The position numbers and the translations under genes were made by a program. Below, one piece after another: positions 1-8,063 of a DNA stretch of 40,885 nucleotides. The DNA is from an uncultured Clostridium sp. (lineage in GTDB: Bacteria > Bacillota > Clostridia > TANB77 > CAG-508), in the NCBI GenBank assembly GCA_947571515.1, contig CANOYI010000002.1, positions 1 to 40,885 on the forward strand, written 5' to 3'. The notes beneath the pieces are model-generated. The model was not told the DNA's origin, did not search any database, and saw only the letters and a list, made by a program, of their open reading frames with translations. Numbering within the stretch: position 1 is the first letter of the stretch; each line of letters opens with the position of its first letter.

Positions 1-144
1 AAAAAAATTAAAAAATTTTTAAATTTTATCTTGACATTTTACCAGATGTCTTTCTATTTTTGGTATTTTACAATATTAATTTCTATATTATAACTGAACT
101 AACAGTAATTTCTCTTTACATAATATCACAATCTTTCTTATATT

Positions 145-645
145 TTATATATCTTTCTGCATAAAAACTAATAATTCTTGAATTCTTCTCAATTTATCTT
201 CATCATTTGTAGAAAATGAATTTTTTAAAGTTTCTATATCAAACATTGGTATTTCTATAAAACCCATTTTTTCATATAATTTTCTTGCAGAAACACTATT
301 TTTCCATGTATCTAATACTAACCTTTTATATCCTGATTTTTTTGCAAATTCGATTACTTTATTGATTAATATCTTTGCCACTCCCTTACCTCTATACTTT
401 TCATCTGTATAAACCCTTGCTATCTCTCCTGTAGTTTTATCAACTGGTTTCAAGCTTGCAGATGCAATAGCTTTATCATTATCATATATTAATAGAATTT
501 TTTCAAGTTTTTCTAAACCTGCTAATGCAGTAAGTCCTAGTTCTGCACGCCATGGAATTATTTTATTTTGAAATTGATCCAATTTTATACATAAATTTTT
601 AAAATCTAAATTATCATAATTAACTTCTTTTATTAAATACTCCAT
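145..645 (-). CDS. GNAT family N-acetyltransferase
   Basis: 166-aa ORF. The segment RVYTDEKYRGKGVAKILINKVIEFAKKSG matches the GNAT acetyl-CoA binding region. Confidence 0.8.
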   Translation of the reverse strand: MEYLIKEVNYDNLDFKNLCIKLDQFQNKIIPWRAELGLTALAGLEKLEKILLIYDNDKAIASASLKPVDKTTGEIARVYTDEKYRGKGVAKILINKVIEFAKKSGYKRLVLDTWKNSVSARKLYEKMGFIEIPMFDIETLKNSFSTNDEDKLRRIQELLVFMQKDI

Positions 646-787
646 TTTCTTACTCCTTTGCTATTTAATATATTTTATATTTATTTCATTGCGTTTGCAA
701 TACTTTCAATAAAATTTACATCTTCCATTTTATTAATCGCAAAACATTTCTTTCCTATATCTTTAAGTAATTCTTCACAATGGTATA

Positions 788-1126
788 TTAATACCAATAA
801 GCTAATTTCAAAAATGAATTAATTAATTTTGTTTGTTCTTCTAACTCTTCTCGTTTCGCCATATTATACTTTTCTCCATTCATATTTCTTGAACTCAAGG
901 TCCATAAAAATGCTTTTAGTTTGGGAAATCTCTCAACATTCTCGTTCATAAAGTATATCAAATCACATAGTCTTTTAAATAACTCACTTTGTTTTTTTTC
1001 TTCTTCCACATACTTATCAATATTTGCTATTAATTCTAGTGGCTTGGCGATTTCTAATCTATAATTGTTTTCATCAAATGAATTTATAAAATTTTGATAG
1101 CTTTCACAAAAAATCCTATACATCAT
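788..1126 (-). CDS. hypothetical helical protein, translationally coupled to the upstream NTase-fold gene
   Basis: 112-aa ORF overlapping the stop of ORF 1116..1622 by 11 nt. No recognisable catalytic motif and no HEPN Rx4-6H. Confidence 0.5.
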   Translation of the reverse strand: MMYRIFCESYQNFINSFDENNYRLEIAKPLELIANIDKYVEEEKKQSELFKRLCDLIYFMNENVERFPKLKAFLWTLSSRNMNGEKYNMAKREELEEQTKLINSFLKLAYWY

Positions 1127-1622
1127 ACTTCTCCCTAAATATTTTTAATTTTTTCTCAAATTCTGTCTTTTTATTTTTAAATAAATCTTCTCTATTCAAA
1201 ATCTCTTCTATAATATTATTTAACATCTTTTTATTACAGTTAGGTATTATTTGATTTAAGTCTTCTATATCTTTCCCTGCAAGTCTTATTATTTTACTTA
1301 CTGCAATATCTTCTTTCGAAAGAATATATACATTGATATATTTAAATTTTTCTAATTTTATTGCTCTTTCTTTATAAGTTGGAGATAATATTGTACTTTG
1401 ATACTCTAACATATCATAATCTCTTAATAGTACAAATACTTTTCCGTATTTTGCTGGATATCCTAAATCAACAAAATCTATATCTAGTGTTGCTCTTGTT
1501 GTATATTCCCCTAATATACATGCTCCTCCACCAATAATATAAATATCAAATGGCTCTAGTTTAAATAATTTTGTTACTTCTTCCATTTCGTGAAGTACTT
1601 CTATTAAATTATCTTTAATCAT
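1116..1622 (-). CDS. nucleotidyltransferase-fold protein (MNT/DUF6036-like)
   Basis: 168-aa ORF. An N-terminal IIGGGACILG ... DIDFVD pattern resembles the minimal nucleotidyltransferase fold. Preceded by a GGAGG-type RBS. Confidence 0.55.
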   Translation of the reverse strand: MIKDNLIEVLHEMEEVTKLFKLEPFDIYIIGGGACILGEYTTRATLDIDFVDLGYPAKYGKVFVLLRDYDMLEYQSTILSPTYKERAIKLEKFKYINVYILSKEDIAVSKIIRLAGKDIEDLNQIIPNCNKKMLNNIIEEILNREDLFKNKKTEFEKKLKIFREKYDV

Positions 1623-1937
1623 CCTTTTCCTCCCATAACCCGTATAGATATTTTACACTTTTTTTGCTCATTTATCAATCATTTCTTAAGAAAACTATTT
1701 TATTTTCTTTAAATTACTAAATTTTTTATGTAATTTGCCATATATTTCATCACTTTTATACTACTTTTTTAAAAATAGGTAATTACACTTTTAAAAAATG
1801 CCTATTTTTCAGTGTTTTTCACACATACCGTTTAACTTGCACCCTATGACTGACCCACAATTAATGGAATATCTTTGTCAGGTAAATATGTGGCTAGAAA
1901 AGTATCAGCCAAAAATTGAATTGTAAAAAATGATTAA

Positions 1938-1960
1938 GAGGTCACAATATTTGTGACCTC
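1938..1960 (-). terminator. stem-loop downstream of the 49-aa small ORF
   Basis: gaggtcacaa/ttgtgacctc is a 10-bp perfect stem with a 3-nt loop, about 12 nt after the stop at 1973. The T-tract is only moderate. Confidence 0.45.
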
Positions 1961-1972
1961 CGGTTCATTAGC

Positions 1973-2122
1973 TTAAAAAATTATCGCTAAAGCTCCCAAT
2001 TCTAAGAATACTGCTAAGTATGGATGTGTTTCCTTCAATACTCCATCTTTTTTTGTTGCTAATTCATATGCTACTAATGTAGCACACATCATTCCTAAAA
2101 TTTTTAAAATAATTTCTGCCAT
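1973..2122 (-). CDS. small hydrophobic protein, 49 aa (below the ORF-track cutoff)
   Basis: Hand translation: MAEIILKILGMMCATLVAYELATKKDGVLKETHPYLAVFLELGALAIIF. A strong AAGGAGG lies 7 nt upstream of the ATG, and two hydrophobic segments are present. Confidence 0.55.
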   Translation of the reverse strand: MAEIILKILGMMCATLVAYELATKKDGVLKETHPYLAVFLELGALAIIF

Positions 2123-2170
2123 TTTAATCCTCCTTTTGTTGACAATTTAATGCTTTTTTGATTAAAATAT

Positions 2171-2410
2171 TTAGTTTTTACTATTTATTATATTAAAACA
2201 TATTTTTATTAAAAATTCAACTGAATAATTTATTTTTTGTAACTCATTATAATATTCTATTCCCTTCTTTACATATGGAATCATATTATTAGGTAATTTA
2301 TCTAATTGATAAAATTTTAATTCATCACACTTATCTTTTTCCATAATAGTAATCTTGCCTTCATATTTTTTACTTCTCATAAATTTAATAATATAAGCAA
2401 TCGAAAGCAA
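2171..2410 (-). pseudogene. possible C-terminal remnant of a NUDIX hydrolase
   Basis: EGKITIMEKDKCDELKFYQLDKLPNNMIPYVKKGIEYY resembles the region downstream of a Nudix box. There is no Nudix box and no room for one, because the next gene ends at 2461. The annotated start lies inside a hairpin. Confidence 0.3.
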
Positions 2411-2460
2411 CTAATATTTACTGGTTACTTTCGATTGTTTTACCCATCATATTAACAACA

Positions 2461-2937
2461 TCAATTCAAAACTTCTTTTATAAACTGTTCCCGTGTGTAT
2501 AAGACACCTTTCCCTTTTTTCGTACATAAGAAAAATCCATGTATTTCTTGAACTTTATCTATTGGCAATTTTTTATTTACCAGAACTTCAAGAAATAATT
2601 CATGTTTTCCTTGGTACTTACGATAAAAGCATTTGTTTCTCTTTTCACTTTTGATGTACTCAGTGTCAGAGATGATGACAACTCCTTCAGGCTTCTTTAT
2701 GTCTAAATCATAGACACAGCCATGCCTTAAAGAAAAGCTAGACTTGCCCTCATTTATTCTAGCTTCGCACTCCTCTATTAGCTTATAATGCTGGCATTCT
2801 TGAAAGAGCAATGCTTCCTTTCTCTTTCTTTCTTCCTCTCTTTTTCTTTCATTATATTCTTCTATCGAACAAGTTTCTCCTGTAAAACAATCCTGATAAT
2901 ACTCTCCATTATAAAAGTCATGACATCTTAGTAGCAT
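2461..2937 (-). CDS. hypothetical Cys-rich protein
   Basis: 158-aa ORF with GGAGGA upstream. No family recognised. Confidence 0.55.
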   Translation of the reverse strand: MLLRCHDFYNGEYYQDCFTGETCSIEEYNERKREEERKRKEALLFQECQHYKLIEECEARINEGKSSFSLRHGCVYDLDIKKPEGVVIISDTEYIKSEKRNKCFYRKYQGKHELFLEVLVNKKLPIDKVQEIHGFFLCTKKGKGVLYTREQFIKEVLN

Positions 2938-3086
2938 TATTTTTTCCTCCTTCTGCGCATTGTGTTATGATGGGTAACTTTTGTTGTCTACTTTAATAGA
3001 CTTCAAACAAATATATTACATATTAACATATTAACATAGATTTTCTAGTATTTCAATAGAATAAATTTTCAAGTTTCGACTTTTTT

Positions 3087-3151
3087 GTTACTGGCCAGCC
3101 TACTTTTGTATTTTTTTAGTGAGAAAACAAATAATAAGGCTGATTAGTAAC
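3087..3151. repeat. 65-bp inverted-repeat mini-element flanked by an 8-bp direct repeat
   Basis: gttactggccagcc (3087-3100) pairs with ggctgattagtaac (3138-3151) at 11 of 14 positions. ACTTTTTT occurs directly on both sides, at 3079-3086 and 3152-3159. Confidence 0.4.
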
Positions 3152-3271
3152 ACTTTTTTCCAAGCATTTTAATAAATTTATAAATTTCACTAGACAATTT
3201 TCAACCTTTTGTGTTATCATATTAAAGAACAAAAGAAATCAACCGAATAGGTTTTAATGGAGGGAAAATAA

Positions 3272-3727
3272 ATGAACAAAACAAAAAAAATAATTTATAT
3301 TTTAATAATGCTAACTTTTTTATTAGGATTTCGTTTTTCTTATGCTGTTGATTTGGACATGACAGATGATTTAACAGATGGTCTTAACTTAAGCAACAGT
3401 TCTTCTTCTAGCACTACAACTACAAATTCTAATATAGATGACGAAGACAACTCTGATGCTGACACAGATACTAATACTGCTTCAAATTCAGACACTACTA
3501 ATTCTAGTACCAACACCAATTCTGCTTATACTTCAACCAATACTACTAATTCTACTGAAAGTTCTTATAATACAAGTTCATCTAACTCACCTACTACAGT
3601 AAACACTGTAAATTCAACTTCTGATTCTGGTTTAGACTTATCTAATATTCTTAATATATTATTAATCGTAATCGGCATATTATTAATATTATTATCTATT
3701 GCTATCTTAATTCGATTAAAAAAATAA
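3272..3727 (+). CDS. secreted, C-terminally membrane-anchored Ser/Thr/Asn/Asp-rich low-complexity protein
   Basis: N-terminal signal-like segment ending SYA, a long S/T/N/D-rich region, and a C-terminal TM ILNILLIVIGILLILLSIAILI followed by RLKK. GGAGGG RBS. Confidence 0.7.
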   Translation: MNKTKKIIYILIMLTFLLGFRFSYAVDLDMTDDLTDGLNLSNSSSSSTTTTNSNIDDEDNSDADTDTNTASNSDTTNSSTNTNSAYTSTNTTNSTESSYNTSSSNSPTTVNTVNSTSDSGLDLSNILNILLIVIGILLILLSIAILIRLKK

Positions 3728-3733
3728 ATTGTC

Positions 3734-3761
3734 AAAAACTCTCATTTTTGAGAGTTTTTTT
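3734..3761 (+). terminator. intrinsic terminator
   Basis: aaaactctca-tttt-tgagagtttt followed by a T-run, just after the stop at 3727. Confidence 0.8.
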
Positions 3762-3880
3762 GATGTTTTTGTACGTATATTTTTCTCCCTTTTTTTGAAT
3801 ACTATTCATAGTATTTAATTTTCATATTAACATATGAAAACTAATAAGCTTATTGAAATTTTGAATAGGAGGATAATTTT

Positions 3881-4330
3881 ATGTACAAAAAATTATTAAC
3901 AAGTGCTGTTCTTCTTGTAATTGGTATTTTTTCTTTCTCTGTTTGTTTTGCTAATAATGGTTTTCAAGATGCGGCAAATGGTGTTAGAGATGTAGTTGGT
4001 GGTGCTGAAAATGCGGTTGAAGATGCTGCTAAAGATATTTCAAATGCATCTAAAGATGCCACTGGAAAAATGGAACAAGGTGCTAACAATGTAGGGAATG
4101 CTGTTATGAATAATAATGATAATAACAGAAATGATAAAGATACTAGAACAGCTACTACAAACAATAATTACACAGCAACTAGAACAGCTGCAACAGATAA
4201 TACTTTTATGGGTATGAATGCAAATGCTTGGACTTGGCTTATTATGGGTATTGCTGCAATTGCAATTATAGCTTTAGTTTGGTATTATTCAATGCAACTT
4301 CGTTCTGCTGATGATAATCGAAGAGACTAA
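3881..4330 (+). CDS. secreted/membrane-anchored protein with an Ala/Asn-rich helical repeat region
   Basis: Signal peptide ending CFA, LEA/YtxH-like charged repeats (GVRDVVGGAENAVEDAAKDISNASKDATGK), and a C-terminal TM WTWLIMGIAAIAIIALVWYY. AGGAGGA RBS. Confidence 0.7.
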   Translation: MYKKLLTSAVLLVIGIFSFSVCFANNGFQDAANGVRDVVGGAENAVEDAAKDISNASKDATGKMEQGANNVGNAVMNNNDNNRNDKDTRTATTNNNYTATRTAATDNTFMGMNANAWTWLIMGIAAIAIIALVWYYSMQLRSADDNRRD

Positions 4331-4488
4331 TTTTAAAAAGCTTATTATATAAAGATTTTGAAGAAAAGATTTAAAGGATGTACCTCTGATATGTTTTTTC
4401 AAAAAATATTTATATTTTAAGCTTTTTTGTTTTGTTCTCTTAAAATATATGCTATAATAAATAAAATTTAAAAACGAGGTATCAATCA

Positions 4489-4962
4489 ATGAATACAAAA
4501 TTAATTGCTAAAAATCCAACTGCTCATCATAATTATCAAATAGAAGATAAAATGGAGGCTGGTATTGTTTTAACAGGAACGGAAATCAAATCGATTCGTG
4601 CTGGAAAAGTCAATTTAAAAGATAGCTATGCTTATATCAAAAATAGTGAAGTTTTTATTTCAGGTATGCATATTAGTCCTTATGAACATGGTAATATTTT
4701 TAATAAAGATCCTTTACGCAATCGAAAATTACTATTACATAAAAAAGAAATTAATAAACTAATTGGCTTAACCAAACAAAAGGGGTTTAGCCTTGTTCCT
4801 ATTAGTATCTATTTTTCAGGAAGCTTGGTTAAAGTAGACTTAGGCATAGGTAAAGGAAAAAAGCTTTATGATAAACGTCAAGATTTAGCTAAAAAAGATG
4901 CACAAAAACAAATTGCTATTAATATTAAAATGTGCAATAGGGACGTTTCTTTTCGCACATGA
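4489..4962 (+). CDS. smpB: SsrA-binding protein SmpB; last ~10 codons and stop supplied by repeat elements
   Basis: [27 protein letters not shown] and [17 protein letters not shown] are typical SmpB motifs. The tail [10 protein letters not shown] plus TGA falls inside hairpin 4931-4959 and repeat 4958-4989. Confidence 0.9.
   Translation: MNTKLIAKNPTAHHNYQIEDKMEAGIVLTGTEIKSIRAGKVNLKDSYAYIKNSEVFISGMHISPYEHGNIFNKDPLRNRKLLLHKKEINKLIGLTKQKGFSLVPISIYFSGSLVKVDLGIGKGKKLYDKRQDLAKKDAQKQIAINIKMCNRDVSFRT
4931..4959. repeat. GGGAC-loop hairpin (singlet REP-like unit)
   Basis: tgtgcaatagggacgtttcttttcgcaca is near-identical to 9890-9916 (gtgcagtggggacgtttctttttgcac). Confidence 0.6.
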
Positions 4963-5065
4963 TTTTGGGGACGGAGGAAAAAATCATGATAAATTTTTAA
5001 TTGTACAATTCAAATGTTAATCTAATACCTACTTCTCATGATTTTTTCCTCCGTCCCCCAAATCA
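4958..5065. repeat. REPIN-like inverted doublet of a ~30-bp palindromic unit (copy 1)
   Basis: catgattttggggacggaggaaaaaatcatga (4958-4989) and its inverted copy tcatgattttttcctccgtcccccaaatca (5036-5065) are separated by 46 bp. The same ends recur at 7206-7323. Confidence 0.75.
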
Positions 5066-5069
5066 GCAC

Positions 5070-5104
5070 AAAAAGGAGCAGAAGGAAACAACGCCAATTG
5101 CTCC
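5070..5104 (-). terminator. putative fba terminator
   Basis: On the minus strand, ggagca...tgctcc stem followed by TTTTT, 6 nt after the fba stop. The loop is fairly large. Confidence 0.55.
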
Positions 5105-5109
5105 TAAGT

Positions 5110-6039
5110 TTATATTTTATTGCTGGAACCAAAAACATCCATCATTTTATGTTTTACGGTTTCTGTGATTAATTCTCTTGCAGGTTTTAAATATTTTCTA
5201 GGGTCAAATGCATTTGGTTCTTCTGCAAATACTTTTCTAATTCCTGCTGTCATAGCTAATCGTAAGTCTGTGTCAACATTTATTTTTGATACGCCAGAGA
5301 TACTTGCTTCATGTAATATTTCATCTGGTACACCTTTTGCTCCTGGTATATCTCCCCCATATTGATTACACATCTCTACTAATTTTGGAATAACAGTAGA
5401 AGCACCATGTAATACAATTGGTGTATTTGGTATTCTTTCTTTGATTTCTTTTAAAATATCAAATCTTAGTTTTGCTTCTCCTTTGAATTTATAAGCTCCA
5501 TGGCTGGTTCCTATGGCGATTGCTAAAGAGTCACATCCTGTTCTTTCTACAAATTCTTGGGCTTGTGCTGGGTCTGTGTACATCGCATCAGAAGAATCTA
5601 CATTGACTTCATCTTCTATTCCTGCTAATTTTCCAAGTTCAGCTTCTACTACTACCCCTTTGCTGTGAGCATAGTCAACTACTTTTTTTGTTAATGCTAC
5701 ATTTTCTTCAAAATCATATTTTGAACCATCTATCATAACAGACGTAAATCCATTATCGATACACATTTTAGCTGTATCAAAATCTGGTCCATGATCTAAA
5801 TGAATAGCAATTGGAACTTCTGGATGCTCCTCTACTGCTGCTTCTACCATTTTCATTAAATAATTGATTCTTGCATATTTAATGGCACTAGATGAAGCTT
5901 GCAAAATGACTGGTGATTTGCTCTGAGCAGCTGCATCTACAATGGCTTGTATAATTTCCATATTATTGACATTGAATGCACCTATGGCAAATCCTTCTTT
6001 CATTGATTTTTCAAACATTTCCTTTGTTGTTACTAACAT
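5110..6039 (-). CDS. fba: class II fructose-1,6-bisphosphate aldolase
   Basis: 309 aa. IAIHLDHGPDF and AIGTSHGAYKF are zinc-site and active-site motifs of class II FBA. Confidence 0.92.
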   Translation of the reverse strand: MLVTTKEMFEKSMKEGFAIGAFNVNNMEIIQAIVDAAAQSKSPVILQASSSAIKYARINYLMKMVEAAVEEHPEVPIAIHLDHGPDFDTAKMCIDNGFTSVMIDGSKYDFEENVALTKKVVDYAHSKGVVVEAELGKLAGIEDEVNVDSSDAMYTDPAQAQEFVERTGCDSLAIAIGTSHGAYKFKGEAKLRFDILKEIKERIPNTPIVLHGASTVIPKLVEMCNQYGGDIPGAKGVPDEILHEASISGVSKINVDTDLRLAMTAGIRKVFAEEPNAFDPRKYLKPARELITETVKHKMMDVFGSSNKI

Positions 6040-6134
6040 ATTTATCTCCTCCTTTTTTGTTATTGTATTTCTATTTTTTCAATCTGTCAAGGTAAATTTA
6101 ATTTTAAGTTTCAATTTTAAATTTTCAATAGGTC

Positions 6135-6172
6135 AAAAAAGAGATAAGATATACTAATATACACTTATCTCT
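6135..6172 (-). terminator. intrinsic terminator after the DUF1540 gene
   Basis: On the minus strand, agagataag...cttatctct 9-bp stem followed by TTTTTT. Confidence 0.65.
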
Positions 6173-6178
6173 GATTTT

Positions 6179-6346
6179 TTATTCTTCTCCGTTTTCATAA
6201 CTTGCACACATAGATTCATCAGCAGTTTCTGTGTCCATATTGTCAATTGGTGCTACATGAATTGCCTCTAATGTACATTTTTCTTTTTCTTGATTATTAT
6301 ATTTACAGCTTTCTACTGTACAATGAATTTTTTGATTTGGTTCCAT
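6179..6346 (-). CDS. DUF1540-type small Cys-rich protein, 55 aa (below the ORF-track cutoff)
   Basis: Hand translation: MEPNQKIHCTVESCKYNNQEKEKCTLEAIHVAPIDNMDTETADESMCASYENGEE. Four-Cys pattern C-x4-C...C...C. AGGAGG lies 8 nt upstream. Confidence 0.7.
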   Translation of the reverse strand: MEPNQKIHCTVESCKYNNQEKEKCTLEAIHVAPIDNMDTETADESMCASYENGEE

Positions 6347-6414
6347 TTTTCGTACCTCCTAAATTTTTATAATTTTAGTATGTACATTTTTTATGAAAAT
6401 TATTTTGATAGCTG

Positions 6415-7128
6415 TCATTTATTTTTTTCTTCTAATTTCTTACAATTTTCTTTCGTTCTAATACATTTTTCTGGTGGTTCTTTAAAACTCAAATACCAAG
6501 TAATTCCATTTCTATTTTTTTCAATTTCTGCATTTCTTGCTTGTAATGCTTCAAAAGTCTTTGGAGGAGGAACAATCACTGGTTGACCTGGTATCCAGTT
6601 TGCTGCTGTAGATCCTTTACTACACTCAGCCATTTGTAAAGCTTGCACCGTTCTTATGATTTCTGGAATAAAACGTCCTACATTTAAAGGATAAATTAAA
6701 ATGGTTCTTACGATTCCCTTGTCATCGATAATAAAAACATTTCTTACTGTTTCTGTATTACTAATGTCATTGGCAATCATTCCATATTTTCGAGCTATTT
6801 GACCATTTCTGTCAGCAATAATGGGAAATGATACTTTAATTCCTGTTTTGCAATAAATATCATACATCCAAGCTAAATGAGAACTATTGCTATCAACACT
6901 TAAACCTAATAATTCGGTATTTAAGTTTTTAAAATATGTATGTGCCCTTGTAAAAGCTATCATTTCAGTCGTACACACTGGGGTGAAATCGCCTGGATGG
7001 GAGAATAACACTAACCATTTTCCTCGATAATCCTCTAATCTAATTTCTCCAAAAGTAGTATCTGCCTCAAAATCAGGTGCTTTTTGACCTATTTTTACAT
7101 TTCCATTTGTTAATAATTCATAATCCAT
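6415..7128 (-). CDS. peroxiredoxin (AhpC/TSA, Prx6-like)
   Basis: 237 aa with the FTPVCTTE peroxidatic Cys motif. Confidence 0.9.
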   Translation of the reverse strand: MDYELLTNGNVKIGQKAPDFEADTTFGEIRLEDYRGKWLVLFSHPGDFTPVCTTEMIAFTRAHTYFKNLNTELLGLSVDSNSSHLAWMYDIYCKTGIKVSFPIIADRNGQIARKYGMIANDISNTETVRNVFIIDDKGIVRTILIYPLNVGRFIPEIIRTVQALQMAECSKGSTAANWIPGQPVIVPPPKTFEALQARNAEIEKNRNGITWYLSFKEPPEKCIRTKENCKKLEEKNK

Positions 7129-7205
7129 AAAAATAAACTCCTTTCATAAATATTAATCAGACCTCTTTTGTTCTATTGTATGAGAAAAGTTTATTTTAAG
7201 TTACT

Positions 7206-7323
7206 ATCATGATTTTGGGGACGGAGGAAAAAATCATGATATGAATCAAATAAAATAATATAGATTAACATAGAAAAATATATGAAATAAATCATGATTT
7301 TTTCCTCCGTCCCCAAAATCATG
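7206..7323. repeat. REPIN-like inverted doublet (copy 2)
   Basis: atcatgattttggggacggaggaaaaaatcatgat (7206-7240) and atcatgattttttcctccgtccccaaaatcatg (7291-7323). The 50-bp interior is unrelated to that of copy 1. Confidence 0.75.
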
Positions 7324-7957
7324 GCTCTATCTCTCTAGCTTTTACAATAATTCTTTTTTCAGAATCAGTAGTACAGGTAATCAGTGTTACCTCACGTTTT
7401 CCATTAGTTTTTTGTGACAAACAGCTAATATCTTCTGGTTCCACCATATAGATATCATAAATTTTATATTCTACTTTTCCAACTGACGAATCTGAAATGA
7501 AAAGTTGATTTCCAATTTCTAGTTTTCTTAAATTATGAAACATATTTTTGTTTTGAAAATTATGTCCAGCCACACAAAAATTGCCTATTTGATTTGGGTC
7601 TGCTCCCCAAAATTTAGTAACTGATACATTTAAAGCGTTCTTAGAATACTGTTTCAATATATAGGTCTCTAAGTTAATTTTTGGAACTTGTAGTTTTGCT
7701 GCTACTGCATACCCTCTATATTCTTCAATAATCTCTTCTTTTGGATATTCTTTGGCTATTCCTGTTATGATTTGATTTGTTTCTTCCTGCGATGTACTTA
7801 TATTTTGTGTCTCATATAATGATTTCCTTGCAATTTGTTGTTTTTTTATTTGTATGTCTTTGTATTCTTCTATTGCAAACCAAAGCATAATACTAAAAAT
7901 GGCACTTACTATTACATAATTTAATATCTTTTTTGTTTTTCTCATCTTTCGTCTCAT
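7319..7957 (-). CDS. sortase (membrane-anchored transpeptidase)
   Basis: N-terminal TM, AGHN His motif and TLITCT catalytic Cys motif. The stop codon lies inside repeat 7291-7323. Confidence 0.85.
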   Translation of the reverse strand: MRRKMRKTKKILNYVIVSAIFSIMLWFAIEEYKDIQIKKQQIARKSLYETQNISTSQEETNQIITGIAKEYPKEEIIEEYRGYAVAAKLQVPKINLETYILKQYSKNALNVSVTKFWGADPNQIGNFCVAGHNFQNKNMFHNLRKLEIGNQLFISDSSVGKVEYKIYDIYMVEPEDISCLSQKTNGKREVTLITCTTDSEKRIIVKAREIEP

Positions 7958-8063
7958 TCCTCTCTTAGAGCAGTAATTTTGTATGTAATAAGATGTCTTG
8001 CCTAATATGGCAAAAACATCTTATTTGTTCTATTGTAGAAAAGTTCTACACAGCACTTTAATT

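Noticed and set aside
4931-5065. tmRNA (ssrA) downstream of smpB, suggested by repeated GGGGACG strings that resemble a tmRNA 5' end
   Set aside because: There is no tRNA-like 3' end (no T-arm GGTTCGA-type sequence and no CCA-proximal acceptor complement). There is no tag reading frame. The region is only ~110 nt before the convergent fba terminator. The motif belongs to dispersed palindromic repeats.
5120-6586. Plus-strand ORFs 5120..5365, 5942..6157 and 6290..6586
   Set aside because: They are antisense to or overlap well-supported minus-strand genes (fba, the DUF1540 gene, the peroxiredoxin gene). They show low-complexity F/L/I-rich translations typical of AT-rich antisense frames.
4958-7323. 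Invertible promoter switches (invertons) as an explanation for the conserved ~30-bp inverted repeats with variable interiors
   Set aside because: The interiors are only 46-50 bp, which is too short for known site-specific inversion systems. They contain no convincing promoter. No recombinase gene is nearby. REP/REPIN-like elements fit better.
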